Source: a virus
Lineage: Duplodnaviria; Caudoviricetes
Strand: one strand, 5' to 3'
DNA length: 41,514 nucleotides
Virus record (IMG/VR): IMGVR_UViG_3300002490_000103
Location: 1-41,514 of that record
Below the pieces are notes generated by a model. It was given only the letters and a program-made list of their open reading frames with translations. It had not been told where the DNA came from and made no database searches. This document shows, in pieces, positions 1 to 8,505 of this stretch. A program made the translations under genes and the position numbers. The first letter of the stretch is position 1; each line of letters begins with the position of its first letter.

Positions 1-1356
1 TCATGCCAATGCCTCCTCGGGCTGGGCCGCGCCGGCTGGCTGCAGTTCCAGCACCAGCCGCTCGATGCCGTTGGCGCGCAGTCGCACCTCGAGGTCATTG
101 GGAGACACGATCACCTTCTCCACCAGCAGCTTGACGATCCGGGTTTGCTCCGCTGGGAACAGTTGATCCCAAATCGCGTCGAGTCGGGTCATGGCCACGG
201 TGATCTTGGCCTCGTCCAGCGTTGGGTCGAGCTTGATCGCCTGTGGCAGCATGTCGCCGAGTAGATTCGGGGCACGCAGGATTGCGCGCAGTTGGTCGAG
301 CACGGCCGATTCGAGTTCCGCCGCCGGCAGTCGCGGCAGGCCCGAGGCGCCCGCGTGCTCCTTGGCGTCCCGCTGTGGCACGTAGTACCGGTAGCGACGG
401 CCATTCTTCTTGGTCGTGTGCCACGGCGACAGTGCCCGGCCATCGTTGCCGAACACGATGCCCTTGAGCAGATACGCCACGGTTGCCCGTGTCGCGTTGC
501 CTCGCACCCGGCCATTGGTGGTCAGGATCGCGTGGACGCTATCCCACAGTTCGCGGCTGATGATGGGCGGGTGCTCCGCCTGGTACCACTGGTCCTTGTG
601 CCGCAACTCGCCAAGGTAGGTCCGGTTGCTGAGGAGCTTGTAGATGTGGCCCTTGTCGATCGGTCTGCCCTCGCGGGTCTTGCCGTCTTGCGTGGTCCAC
701 GCCTTCGACGTCACGCCATCCAGTTTCAGCTCCTTGACCAGCGCCGTACTGGAGCCGAGTTCAACGAAGCGCTGGAATATGTGCCGGATCAGTTTGGCCT
801 CGCGTTCGTTGGGCACCAGTCGGCGGTTCTCGACGTCGTAGCCCAGTGGTGGCACGCCGCCCATCCACATGCCCTTGCGCTTGCTGGCTGCGATCTTGTC
901 GCGGATGCGTTCGCCGGTGACCTCGCGCTCGAACTGGGCGAAGGACAGCAGGATGTTCAGCATCAAGCGGCCCATCGAGGTCGTCGTGTTGAATTGCTGG
1001 GTGACCGACACGAACGACACGCCATAGCGTTCGAACACTTCGACCATCTTGGAGAAGTCAGCCAAGCTGCGCGTTAGGCGGTCGATCTTGTAGATGACAA
1101 CCACATCGATCTTGCCGGCCTCGATGTCCGCCATCATGCGGCGCAGCGCCGGACGTTCCATGTTGCCACCGGAGAAGGCCGGATCGTCGTAGTCGTCGGC
1201 TACTGGAATCCAGCCCTCGGCGCGCTGGCTGGCGACGTAGGCGTGACCGGCGTCGCGCTGGGCATCGATGGAGTTGTATTCCTGGTCGAGTCCTTCGTCG
1301 GTGGACTTGCGCGTATAGACCGCGCAGCGCATTCGGCGCTTCAAGACTTCGCTCAT
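1..1356 (-). CDS. Large serine recombinase (integrase)
   Basis: N-terminal AVYTRKS catalytic Ser motif, DRLTRS, AQFEREVTGERI, GGVPPLGY, C-terminal recombinase domain; 451 aa. Confidence 0.95.
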   Translation of the reverse strand: MSEVLKRRMRCAVYTRKSTDEGLDQEYNSIDAQRDAGHAYVASQRAEGWIPVADDYDDPAFSGGNMERPALRRMMADIEAGKIDVVVIYKIDRLTRSLADFSKMVEVFERYGVSFVSVTQQFNTTTSMGRLMLNILLSFAQFEREVTGERIRDKIAASKRKGMWMGGVPPLGYDVENRRLVPNEREAKLIRHIFQRFVELGSSTALVKELKLDGVTSKAWTTQDGKTREGRPIDKGHIYKLLSNRTYLGELRHKDQWYQAEHPPIISRELWDSVHAILTTNGRVRGNATRATVAYLLKGIVFGNDGRALSPWHTTKKNGRRYRYYVPQRDAKEHAGASGLPRLPAAELESAVLDQLRAILRAPNLLGDMLPQAIKLDPTLDEAKITVAMTRLDAIWDQLFPAEQTRIVKLLVEKVIVSPNDLEVRLRANGIERLVLELQPAGAAQPEEALA

Positions 1357-1850
1357 CGTCCACCTCGCTTCTTGGTGGACGGCTTGGTCTTCGCATTGGA
1401 TGGCGGCCTGAGCCCAAAGAACAGGGGCCCGGACCAGCGCATGCCAGTGATCTCGCGGGCGATCATCGAAAGGCTGGGGTACATCCGGCCTTCAAAGTCG
1501 TACTGGCCATCGGCGGTCGCGATCACGCGGTGTTCGACACCTTTGTATTCCCGGACCAGCACCGTGCCGGCGGCCGGACGGTAATCGCGGTCGCGCTTTT
1601 TCACCTTGCCGGTTTCCACCAGGGATTCGATGCGGCGCTGATTGCGATCCAGCAGGTTGGCATCGACCTTGCGGAACTCCAGCTCTTGCAACCGGTAGGC
1701 AATCCGGCGTTCGAGGAACTGACGGTTGTGGGTGGGCGTGTCGCCGCCGACCAATTTCTGCCAGAGAGCCCGGATCTCTGCCATGGGCAACTCGGGCAAC
1801 CTGGCGATTTGTGCTGCCACCGATGGCGGCGTTGAAAGTGACGTGTTCAT
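1353..1850 (-). CDS. DUF2924-like protein
   Basis: RIAYRLQE, GTVLVREYKG, SLSMIAREITG.RWSGPLFFGL motifs; typical partner of this recombinase family; 4-nt overlap with integrase. Confidence 0.85.
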   Translation of the reverse strand: MNTSLSTPPSVAAQIARLPELPMAEIRALWQKLVGGDTPTHNRQFLERRIAYRLQELEFRKVDANLLDRNQRRIESLVETGKVKKRDRDYRPAAGTVLVREYKGVEHRVIATADGQYDFEGRMYPSLSMIAREITGMRWSGPLFFGLRPPSNAKTKPSTKKRGGR

Positions 1851-2065
1851 TTGGACTCCGTAGTTGTCTTGATGACGGGGTCTGAATGAACGCGCTGGTT
1901 GCCAGATAAGCCAAGCTCAAACTCGCTCGCTTCGGCGATGTGTGCGGACTGTTCTGCACCGCTGATACGCAGACGTGCCAGGCCGTTGGCCAGCAGTGAC
2001 GCGATTTCGTGGCGACGCTGCTCCGGCGTCATCCGCTCGGGCGGTAGATGGTTGATTTGATGCAT
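1847..2065 (-). CDS. Small hypothetical protein (72 aa)
   Basis: AAGGA RBS upstream; stop overlaps the DUF2924 start. Confidence 0.6.
   Translation of the reverse strand: MHQINHLPPERMTPEQRRHEIASLLANGLARLRISGAEQSAHIAEASEFELGLSGNQRVHSDPVIKTTTESK
1886..1916 (-). promoter_or_regulatory. 31-bp conserved upstream motif, copy 1
   Basis: GCTTGGCTTATCTGGCAACCAGCGCGTTCAT, 35 nt upstream of the DUF2924 ATG (1850). Confidence 0.75.
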
Positions 2066-2150
2066 GGGTAGCGGTCCTTTCCGTCAAACTCACATGCAGT
2101 GAAATTGTCCGGATGGACTGCCGCCGACACCATGAGGGAGTTTCGGATGC

Positions 2151-2170
2151 GTGCGGGCTGGTGCGGGTTG
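2151..2170 (-). repeat. Tandem 10-bp direct repeat CA(A/G)CCCGCAC, possible regulator site
   Basis: CAACCCGCAC-CAGCCCGCAC on minus strand upstream of the 72-aa gene; resembles CAGCCCGTAC at 5926-5935. Confidence 0.4.
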
Positions 2171-2196
2171 GCGCGAAAACTGAAGCGCGGTAACGC

Positions 2197-3111
2197 CTAC
2201 TTTCTAACCGGATACTGGCCGTTGCGGATGAACCGGTCGTAGGTGTCTTCCTCCGGCTCCTCGTCGTCGTGTCGCGCTCCCTGCCACTCGGCTTCAGGCA
2301 GCAGTAGCAAGGTCAGGGTGTAGTCGTATTGGCCTGCAACCCTGATCATTTCATTGACCTGCATGCTCTCCGGTTCGCGTGGAAACCATAGCTGCGCCCG
2401 AGCTGTCTGCTGCTGGCTGCCAGCCCAGCCGTTATCGCTGTGCGCCAGCGCATCACCCGGCAGTTCGATGGTGTTTCTGCGGGTCGCAAAGTAGGCGCCA
2501 GACTTCAGCGCCGCCTTGTTCGACTTGGCCCACAGCATGTGATCGTCGCGACTGGCCACGAGCACCGCTCGTTTGGGTGCAATCTCGGTCCAGCGCAAGG
2601 CGGCGGCCGTGAGCGATACACCATAGCGGTCTGCGCAGTGGCCCAGCAGATCGAAGCTGATCGGCTGGCCGTCGACTTGGCGCCGGAAGTCGTCCAGCGG
2701 CATCAGCAGGGTCGAAGCAAACAAGTCCGCCTCTGCCTCGATGTCGCGCTCGTTGTTGTCGCCCGTTTCGATGTCACCGTCGCCGCACTGAAAACTATCC
2801 TGCTGGTGACGGTGCAGGATGTAGTGACCGAACTCATGCGCAATCGTGAAGCGCTTGCGACCCTCCGACGGGGTGGCGCTGTTGTAGAGGATCAGCCACT
2901 TCGATCTCGCCTTGTTGGCTCTTAGCAAACCATCGAATCCGTCCATGGCCTCGCCATGGACCATGTCGATCGGTGAGTCTGCAAAGCACTGGCGGGAATA
3001 CTCCAGCGCCAGCTCGTCAACCTTGACCGGAAAGCGATCCGCACCGAGAACCGTGTTGAGCATGGACGAGATGCGGTTGGCCTCGGCCATGGGCTTCTTC
3101 GCGTCCGTCAT
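2197..3111 (-). CDS. ImmA/IrrE-family metallo-endopeptidase
   Basis: RKRFTIAHEFGHY (HExxH), EAEADLFASTLLMP, YGVSLTAA; adjacent to XRE gene. Confidence 0.92.
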   Translation of the reverse strand: MTDAKKPMAEANRISSMLNTVLGADRFPVKVDELALEYSRQCFADSPIDMVHGEAMDGFDGLLRANKARSKWLILYNSATPSEGRKRFTIAHEFGHYILHRHQQDSFQCGDGDIETGDNNERDIEAEADLFASTLLMPLDDFRRQVDGQPISFDLLGHCADRYGVSLTAAALRWTEIAPKRAVLVASRDDHMLWAKSNKAALKSGAYFATRRNTIELPGDALAHSDNGWAGSQQQTARAQLWFPREPESMQVNEMIRVAGQYDYTLTLLLLPEAEWQGARHDDEEPEEDTYDRFIRNGQYPVRK

Positions 3112-3428
3112 TCATCTTCCCAGGCATCGATGATCTTGCGGATCTTCTTCTTGTCCGGCTCCGACATGGTTTTGTATTTGCGGAAGAAGGCCTCATCGAG
3201 CACTTGCTCGTCCGGCGTGGCGGCCGACTCGGTCAACAGGAACTCCGTGGTGACATCGAGGACGGCGGCGATCTTGCCGATCTTGTCGGCCGATGGTTTC
3301 GGATCGTCCTTGTTCTCCAGCTCCCAGATGTAGCTCTTGCTGGAGTCCGTCAGCTCGGCCAACTGCTCCAGGCTGAGCTTCTTCTGCTTCCGCAATGCGC
3401 GGATCTTGTCCCCCAGGGGCGATGGCAC
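3108..3428 (-). CDS. XRE-family HTH repressor (106 aa, GTG start)
   Basis: LGDKIRALRKQKKLSLEQLAELTDSSKSYIWELEN HTH; GAGGAG RBS before GTG at 3428 (ORF-track start at 4001 is over-extended). Confidence 0.92.
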   Translation of the reverse strand: MPSPLGDKIRALRKQKKLSLEQLAELTDSSKSYIWELENKDDPKPSADKIGKIAAVLDVTTEFLLTESAATPDEQVLDEAFFRKYKTMSEPDKKKIRKIIDAWEDE

Positions 3429-3462
3429 CGTTATCTCCTCATGTGTTCGCGTCAGGCCGAAA

Positions 3463-3471
3463 ATAATACCA
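3463..3471 (-). promoter_or_regulatory. Extended -10 promoter for repressor/protease operon
   Basis: TGGTATTAT (TGn-TATAAT-like) about 35 nt upstream of the repressor start. Confidence 0.5.
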
Positions 3472-3496
3472 CTATGCCGAACGAATTCGTACCTGC

Positions 3497-3526
3497 TTGA
3501 CAAACCCCTAACCGCTCCGAGACAAT
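3497..3526 (+). promoter_or_regulatory. sigma70 promoter for the rightward 409/334-aa operon
   Basis: TTGACA (3497-3502), 18 bp, GACAAT (3521-3526). Confidence 0.65.
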
Positions 3527-3532
3527 CACAAT

Positions 3533-3550
3533 CGTTCGGTACACCGAACG
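3533..3550. promoter_or_regulatory. Palindromic operator, probable XRE repressor site
   Basis: CGTTCGGT-AC-ACCGAACG perfect 8-bp arms over the predicted +1; extra half-site CCGAACG at 3477-3483. Confidence 0.6.
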
Positions 3551-3633
3551 TCATCGGTCTGCACACCCCACTCAGGAAAAGGGGCCGTCGGGGCTGATAC
3601 CAAGCCAATCCAAACCTTTTGAGGGGTATGTAG

Positions 3634-4863
3634 ATGAACGATGCAGAGAATTTGACCAAGCTCCTGGGCCACCTGCCGCCGGCAGTGTTCCGTGAATTCA
3701 TGGCGGACGAGTTCAGCCTGGCCATGCCGGACCTGGACACCAAGAAGCCAAAAAAGGAGCAGCGTGAACAGATGGAGGCCGTGCTGTCCGCCCTTGGGGT
3801 GAGTGAGCGGCAGCGGATCGAGGAAGTGGCCGAACGGATCGTGCTGTTGTCGGATGGCGCCGGCCAGGACGTCATCGACGGCTTCAAGGACGATATTTTC
3901 GATGACGCCGCCCGGGAAGCCTTCGCTGCGATCCCGAACCAGTACCAGCGCGCGCTGTGGCTGCACGTCAATGAGCCCGTAATCTTCGAGGAAGCCCTCA
4001 ACGCCCGGCAGGCCGACGTGTTTCGGCAAAGCGCCGCCTGCTACTCGGGCTTCATGGCGCCCGCCAACCTTGCTGTACTCGACGATGCAGCGGCCAAGAC
4101 GGCGTTCCACCAAACCGTCGCCCAACAGCTCGGGTGTTCCGATGACGCCGTCGCGATCCAGATTTTCAAGCGCCTGCGGCCCGATACGCAGACCGGCGAA
4201 GACGTGGACCTCTACCAGATCAGCATCCACCACAACCGCCCGCCGGAAATCATCGACTGCGTGCAGGCCAGCGAACTGGTGCCACAAGAGGTGATCCGGG
4301 CGGTGTCATCGCACATCACCTATGAGCCGGCCAATGGACACCTGGAGGTGCTGTCGAAGGATACGGATGGGCGAGAAGCGCTGGCCCGAATCGTTGCCGA
4401 CTCCCTGCTGCAATCGCCGATCACCGGCGAGAAGATTCCGCTCAAGCAATACGACTACCAGAGCCTGGCAGCACCACGAAACTTCGACATTGCCAGTGAG
4501 CTGGTGACGTCCGTCAAGGTCGTCGAGCTCGGCTATTCCGCTGCAAACGGTCGCTCGCTGCTCGTGAAAATCTGGACCAAGGATGCCGACGACATCTACA
4601 CCGCTGCTCGGTCGTTGATCAGCCCCACCTTCGACTTCCGCGATCACCACCTGAACTACGCCAAGCTGTCCATCAAGCTGAAAAAGGTCGGCAAGGACCG
4701 CGCGCGGACGATCACGGTGATTCTGCGCGACGACAACAAGTGCAACATCAAGACGAAGCGGGAAAAGGATCGGGCGCTGTGCGACCGACTGCTGGCCAAA
4801 TGGCATCTGGTGAAGGAGATCGGTCATGTCGTCGAAGCCCCTGCCGACGCAGTCGCTGCTTGA
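3634..4863 (+). CDS. Hypothetical protein (409 aa)
   Basis: Long ORF with GAGGGG RBS, first gene after the divergent promoter; no recognised family. Confidence 0.85.
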   Translation: MNDAENLTKLLGHLPPAVFREFMADEFSLAMPDLDTKKPKKEQREQMEAVLSALGVSERQRIEEVAERIVLLSDGAGQDVIDGFKDDIFDDAAREAFAAIPNQYQRALWLHVNEPVIFEEALNARQADVFRQSAACYSGFMAPANLAVLDDAAAKTAFHQTVAQQLGCSDDAVAIQIFKRLRPDTQTGEDVDLYQISIHHNRPPEIIDCVQASELVPQEVIRAVSSHITYEPANGHLEVLSKDTDGREALARIVADSLLQSPITGEKIPLKQYDYQSLAAPRNFDIASELVTSVKVVELGYSAANGRSLLVKIWTKDADDIYTAARSLISPTFDFRDHHLNYAKLSIKLKKVGKDRARTITVILRDDNKCNIKTKREKDRALCDRLLAKWHLVKEIGHVVEAPADAVAA

Positions 4864-5830
4864 ACTGATCGATCTGTTCGAGCAGTCAGGGCAGCCGATT
4901 GCCGACGGTGATGGGCAGCCCCTGCACGGTGTTCCCGGCTGGGACCTATCGCGCAAACTGAGCCTTTCTGACCATGATTTGGCCGCCTGGACTGAGTGCG
5001 TCGGCTACGCGGGTTGCTACCCGGCGCCTTGCCGCGACGAACGAATCCTGGTCGATATCGAGGAGGATGCTGATCCTGGGCGGTACCGCTACCGCTGCCC
5101 GGAAACATTTCGCGTGAAATACATCTCCGCCGAGACGGCCGCCGTCCGCGCAGTCACTGCCACGAAGCTGCTGAACTACTTGGCAGATCTCATGGACATC
5201 CCGCAGGCGCTACGACGCGGTATCACCACCGCAGCCATCGATGGTGTCCTCTGGCATATCGGGAAGATGCGCATTGGCCAAGTCCATGTCGATACGTGGC
5301 TGGTCCGAGGCTTGGCGAATTCGATCGATGACGTATACCGGCACTTGGACCAACCATCTCTGCCCGACACCGGCGTCATTCTCACCACCTGGTCTGCGCA
5401 GCCCGCGATAGTGCGACCACCCAGGAACTATCGGCTCATCCAGATCAACAGCGTGTTGAGCCCGAACAGCGCCAGCCCGGTGGTTGATACCGACCTGATC
5501 CACCGACTGTTGCTCGCATCTCCAGGCGAAACGATTGAACGCTCGCCCGTTGTGAGATTCGACCATTTCAACAGCACGCTACACATCACCACTCGATCGA
5601 TTGCTCCTTGGAAGGTCACCGGACCTAAACAGGCAGCAGTGGTGAAGTATCTGGTCGAGCAGTTCGAGAATGGACGCCAACGAGTTTCTGCTGGCGACAT
5701 CCTGGTCGCGGCACACGGTTCGCGCGAGGCCGCACGCGGAAAACGGGTCCCGAGCATCTTCAGCGGTAACAGCCAATGGCTTGATTACATCGAGCATGAC
5801 GAAGCTGGGTACGGCATCAAATTGGAATGA
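4826..5830 (+). CDS. Hypothetical protein (334 aa), possible C-terminal winged-helix DNA-binding domain
   Basis: AAGGAG RBS; overlaps upstream gene; C-terminal GPKQAAVVKYL...SAGDILVAA...GYGIKL resembles a wHTH (inference). Confidence 0.75.
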   Translation: MSSKPLPTQSLLELIDLFEQSGQPIADGDGQPLHGVPGWDLSRKLSLSDHDLAAWTECVGYAGCYPAPCRDERILVDIEEDADPGRYRYRCPETFRVKYISAETAAVRAVTATKLLNYLADLMDIPQALRRGITTAAIDGVLWHIGKMRIGQVHVDTWLVRGLANSIDDVYRHLDQPSLPDTGVILTTWSAQPAIVRPPRNYRLIQINSVLSPNSASPVVDTDLIHRLLLASPGETIERSPVVRFDHFNSTLHITTRSIAPWKVTGPKQAAVVKYLVEQFENGRQRVSAGDILVAAHGSREAARGKRVPSIFSGNSQWLDYIEHDEAGYGIKLE

Positions 5831-5856
5831 GCCAACACCAATATCCATGAGTACGC

Positions 5857-5886
5857 AAAACCGCCTTCGGGCGGTTTTTTGCTTTC
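5857..5886 (+). terminator. Intrinsic terminator
   Basis: AAAACCGCC-TTCG-GGCGGTTTTTT. Confidence 0.85.
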
Positions 5887-5915
5887 TGGGCCTCGTTTTT
5901 CCCCGCAGAAGCTGC

Positions 5916-5960
5916 GCCCGTACATCAGCCCGTACATGGCGGCGGCGGACGCCCGTACAT
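5916..5960 (+). repeat. Three direct repeats GCCCGTACAT
   Basis: Exact copies at 5916-5925, 5928-5937, 5951-5960, between the terminator and the replication operon. Confidence 0.85.
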
Positions 5961-6012
5961 GCCGACTTCGAAACTGACCTCACGAATTCGCAACAACCAG
6001 AAGGAGTGCATC

Positions 6013-6225
6013 GTGAGTGTCAAACATCTGAATCAAGGCCAATTGGCCGAACGTTGGGGAGTCAGCGAAGCAACGCTTGAACGCTGGCGCTCCGAAGGTA
6101 TCGGCCCGGTATTCCTGAAGCTGCAGGGTCGTGTCGCTTATCGCATCGAGGACATCGAAGCCTACGAGTCCGAGAGCCTGCGCAAGAGCACCTCTGAACG
6201 CGTCAATGCGGGAGGTGCGCTGTGA
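6013..6225 (+). CDS. AlpA/excisionase-like HTH protein (70 aa, GTG start)
   Basis: LNQGQLAERWGVSEATLERWR..G.GP.FLKL.GRVAY; AAGGAG RBS. Confidence 0.85.
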   Translation: MSVKHLNQGQLAERWGVSEATLERWRSEGIGPVFLKLQGRVAYRIEDIEAYESESLRKSTSERVNAGGAL

Positions 6226-6692
6226 ACCGCATCTCCCCCGACGAAGTCCTGACCGCCCCGGCCGGCGAACTGGCTGCGCTTGCCAGCGAGTCGCTGTTCC
6301 AGCTCAAGAACGACGCTGCTGATCTTCTCGCCGCTGCCAAGGCGATCGTCGAGCACGTCGATCGCGCACTGGATCTCAAGTATGCCGACCGCGCGCACCA
6401 GCTCCGCCTGGCGGCAGGCAAGGACACCGGTGTCGTCCACTTCGACGACGGCCATGTCCGCATCACCGCAGATCTGCCCAAGAAGGTCGACTGGGATCAG
6501 ACGCGGCTCGCCGAGATCACTCGTCGCATTGCAGCCAACGGCGACGACCCGTCCGAGTACGTGGACATCAGCTACCGGATCTCGGAAACCAAGTTCAACG
6601 CGTGGCCCGAGTCGCTCAAGAGCGCCTTCGCCCCGGCACGCACCCTCAAGACCGGCAAGCCGGGCTTTCGTCTCGCTCTGCTTCAGGAGTAA
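6222..6692 (+). CDS. Hypothetical phage protein (156 aa)
   Basis: GGAGG RBS, GTGA overlap with upstream gene, precedes the ATPase. Confidence 0.8.
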   Translation: MNRISPDEVLTAPAGELAALASESLFQLKNDAADLLAAAKAIVEHVDRALDLKYADRAHQLRLAAGKDTGVVHFDDGHVRITADLPKKVDWDQTRLAEITRRIAANGDDPSEYVDISYRISETKFNAWPESLKSAFAPARTLKTGKPGFRLALLQE

Positions 6693-6697
6693 TCGCC

Positions 6698-7012
6698 ATG
6701 AAAACCAAACCTACGCTGCTCGAACTGCTGCGCAAACAACCGGAGATGTACCTCCGGGATCTGCCCGAAACCATTCGCATCCCAGCGCTGGACGGCAACC
6801 GCCCCGACGAAGTGGTGCGTCGCCTCGAGGACGCCACCATCGATGACGTGGCATTCGCGATCCAGGGCCTGGAGTCCGAAACCCGCGTTATCCATCGGCG
6901 CCTGAGTGGTCTGCGCGACCTGTACGAAATGGCGCGCAAGCGTGGCGCGCTCGGTATGACCACCGTTGCTGACGCGTTCGCCAGCATCAGCACTGAGGAG
7001 GCCGGCAAATGA
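6698..7012 (+). CDS. Hypothetical protein (104 aa)
   Basis: AGGAG RBS before ATG 6698; ATGA overlap with next gene. Confidence 0.75.
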   Translation: MKTKPTLLELLRKQPEMYLRDLPETIRIPALDGNRPDEVVRRLEDATIDDVAFAIQGLESETRVIHRRLSGLRDLYEMARKRGALGMTTVADAFASISTEEAGK

Positions 7013-7884
7013 GCCTCCCCATCATTACTGCAGACCAGCGTCTGGCCGAACGCCGTGGCGTGAAGGGTGTGCTCGTCGGCAAAAGCGGCATCGGCAAAAC
7101 CTCGCAACTCTGGACGCTGAAACCCACGGCCACGCTGTTCTTTGATCTTGAGGCTGGTGATCTCGCGGTCGAGGGCTGGGCCGGCGACACGATCCGTCCG
7201 CGCACCTGGCAGGAGTGCCGTGACTTCGCGGTGTACATCGGCGGGCCGAACCCGGCGCTGCGCGACGACCAGCCGTTCAGCCAGGCCCACTTCGATGCCG
7301 TATGCGCGCGCTTCGGTGATTCGACGGTCCTGGACAAGTACGACACCGTGTTCGTCGACTCCATCACCGTGGCCGGTCGCCTGTGTCTGCAATGGTGCAA
7401 GGGTCAGCCACAGGCCTACTCCGAGAAGACGGGCAAACCCGACAGCCGGGGTGCATACGGGCTGATGGGCCAGGAAATGATCGCCTGGCTGACCCACCTG
7501 CAGCACACGCGCGGCAAGAACGTGTGGTTCGTCGGCATCCTCGATGAGCGGCTGGACGACTTCAATCGCCGCGTGTTCTCCCTGCAGATCGACGGCTCCA
7601 AAACCGGCCTGGAACTGCCCGGCATCGTCGATGAGGTCGTCACCTTGGCCGAGCTGAAGGCCGATGACGGCGCCAGTTACCGCGCCTTCGTCTGCCACAC
7701 GCTGAACGCATGGGGCTACCCCGCCAAGGACCGCTCCGGGCGGCTCGATCCGATCGAGGAGCCGCACCTCGGCCGCCTCATGGAAAAGATCGCCGGCCCG
7801 GCCAGGCCCGCTACCGAACGGCTCGATTTCGCGCGCCCCGCGCCCGCTGCCATCCCCGAATCCACTTCGACTCAGGAGTCCTGA
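7009..7884 (+). CDS. AAA_24/Sak4-like P-loop ATPase (recombination)
   Basis: Walker A GKSGIGKT, Walker B VFVDSIT, C-terminal AKDRSGRL. Confidence 0.85.
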   Translation: MSLPIITADQRLAERRGVKGVLVGKSGIGKTSQLWTLKPTATLFFDLEAGDLAVEGWAGDTIRPRTWQECRDFAVYIGGPNPALRDDQPFSQAHFDAVCARFGDSTVLDKYDTVFVDSITVAGRLCLQWCKGQPQAYSEKTGKPDSRGAYGLMGQEMIAWLTHLQHTRGKNVWFVGILDERLDDFNRRVFSLQIDGSKTGLELPGIVDEVVTLAELKADDGASYRAFVCHTLNAWGYPAKDRSGRLDPIEEPHLGRLMEKIAGPARPATERLDFARPAPAAIPESTSTQES

Positions 7885-7886
7885 TC

Positions 7887-8492
7887 ATGACCTACTTCGA
7901 TTTCAATTCCGCTTCCGAACAGACCTCTTTCGACCTGATCCCCAAAGGCACGCTGGTGCGTGTCCGCATGACCATCAAGCCGGGTGGCTTCGATGATCCG
8001 TCGCAGGGATGGACCGGCGGCTACGCTACCCGCAACGACAACACCGGCTCGGTGTACCTGAACTGCGAGTTCGTCGTGATGGACGGTGAGTTCGCCCGTC
8101 GCAAGATGTGGTCGCTGATCGGCCTGCACAGCCCGAAAGGCCCTGAGTGGGCAAACATGGGCCGCACCTTCGTCAAGGCGATCCTCAACTCAGCGCGCGG
8201 CGTTCATCCTGGCGACAACAGTCCTGCCGCGCAGAACGCGCGCCGCATCAGCGGGTTTGCCGATCTCGATGGCATCGAGTTTCTCGGCAAGGTCGACTGG
8301 GACAAAGACCAGAACGGCCAAGACAAGAGCGTGATCAAGGCCGCGATCACGCCCGACCACAAGGACTACGCCGCCCTCATGGGTGGCGCGCAGGGAGCAG
8401 CGAAAGCGCCAGCACCCGCAAACGGGTCGAATGCGTATGCACAGGCCACGGGCCGTGCCTCCGTGCCGGGTCGCCCGAGCTGGGCACAGTAA
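7887..8492 (+). CDS. Putative phage single-stranded DNA-binding protein (DUF669-like)
   Basis: AGGAG RBS; FDLIPKG, YLNCEFVV..GEFA.RK, flexible tail ending PSWAQ; follows Sak4-like gene. Confidence 0.65.
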   Translation: MTYFDFNSASEQTSFDLIPKGTLVRVRMTIKPGGFDDPSQGWTGGYATRNDNTGSVYLNCEFVVMDGEFARRKMWSLIGLHSPKGPEWANMGRTFVKAILNSARGVHPGDNSPAAQNARRISGFADLDGIEFLGKVDWDKDQNGQDKSVIKAAITPDHKDYAALMGGAQGAAKAPAPANGSNAYAQATGRASVPGRPSWAQ

Positions 8493-8505
8493 GGGGGACG
8501 CCGCC

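Noticed and set aside
3429-4001. N-terminal 191 aa of the 297-aa ORF 3108-4001
   Set aside because: Crosses the promoter region and is antisense to the 409-aa gene; the RBS supports GTG 3428
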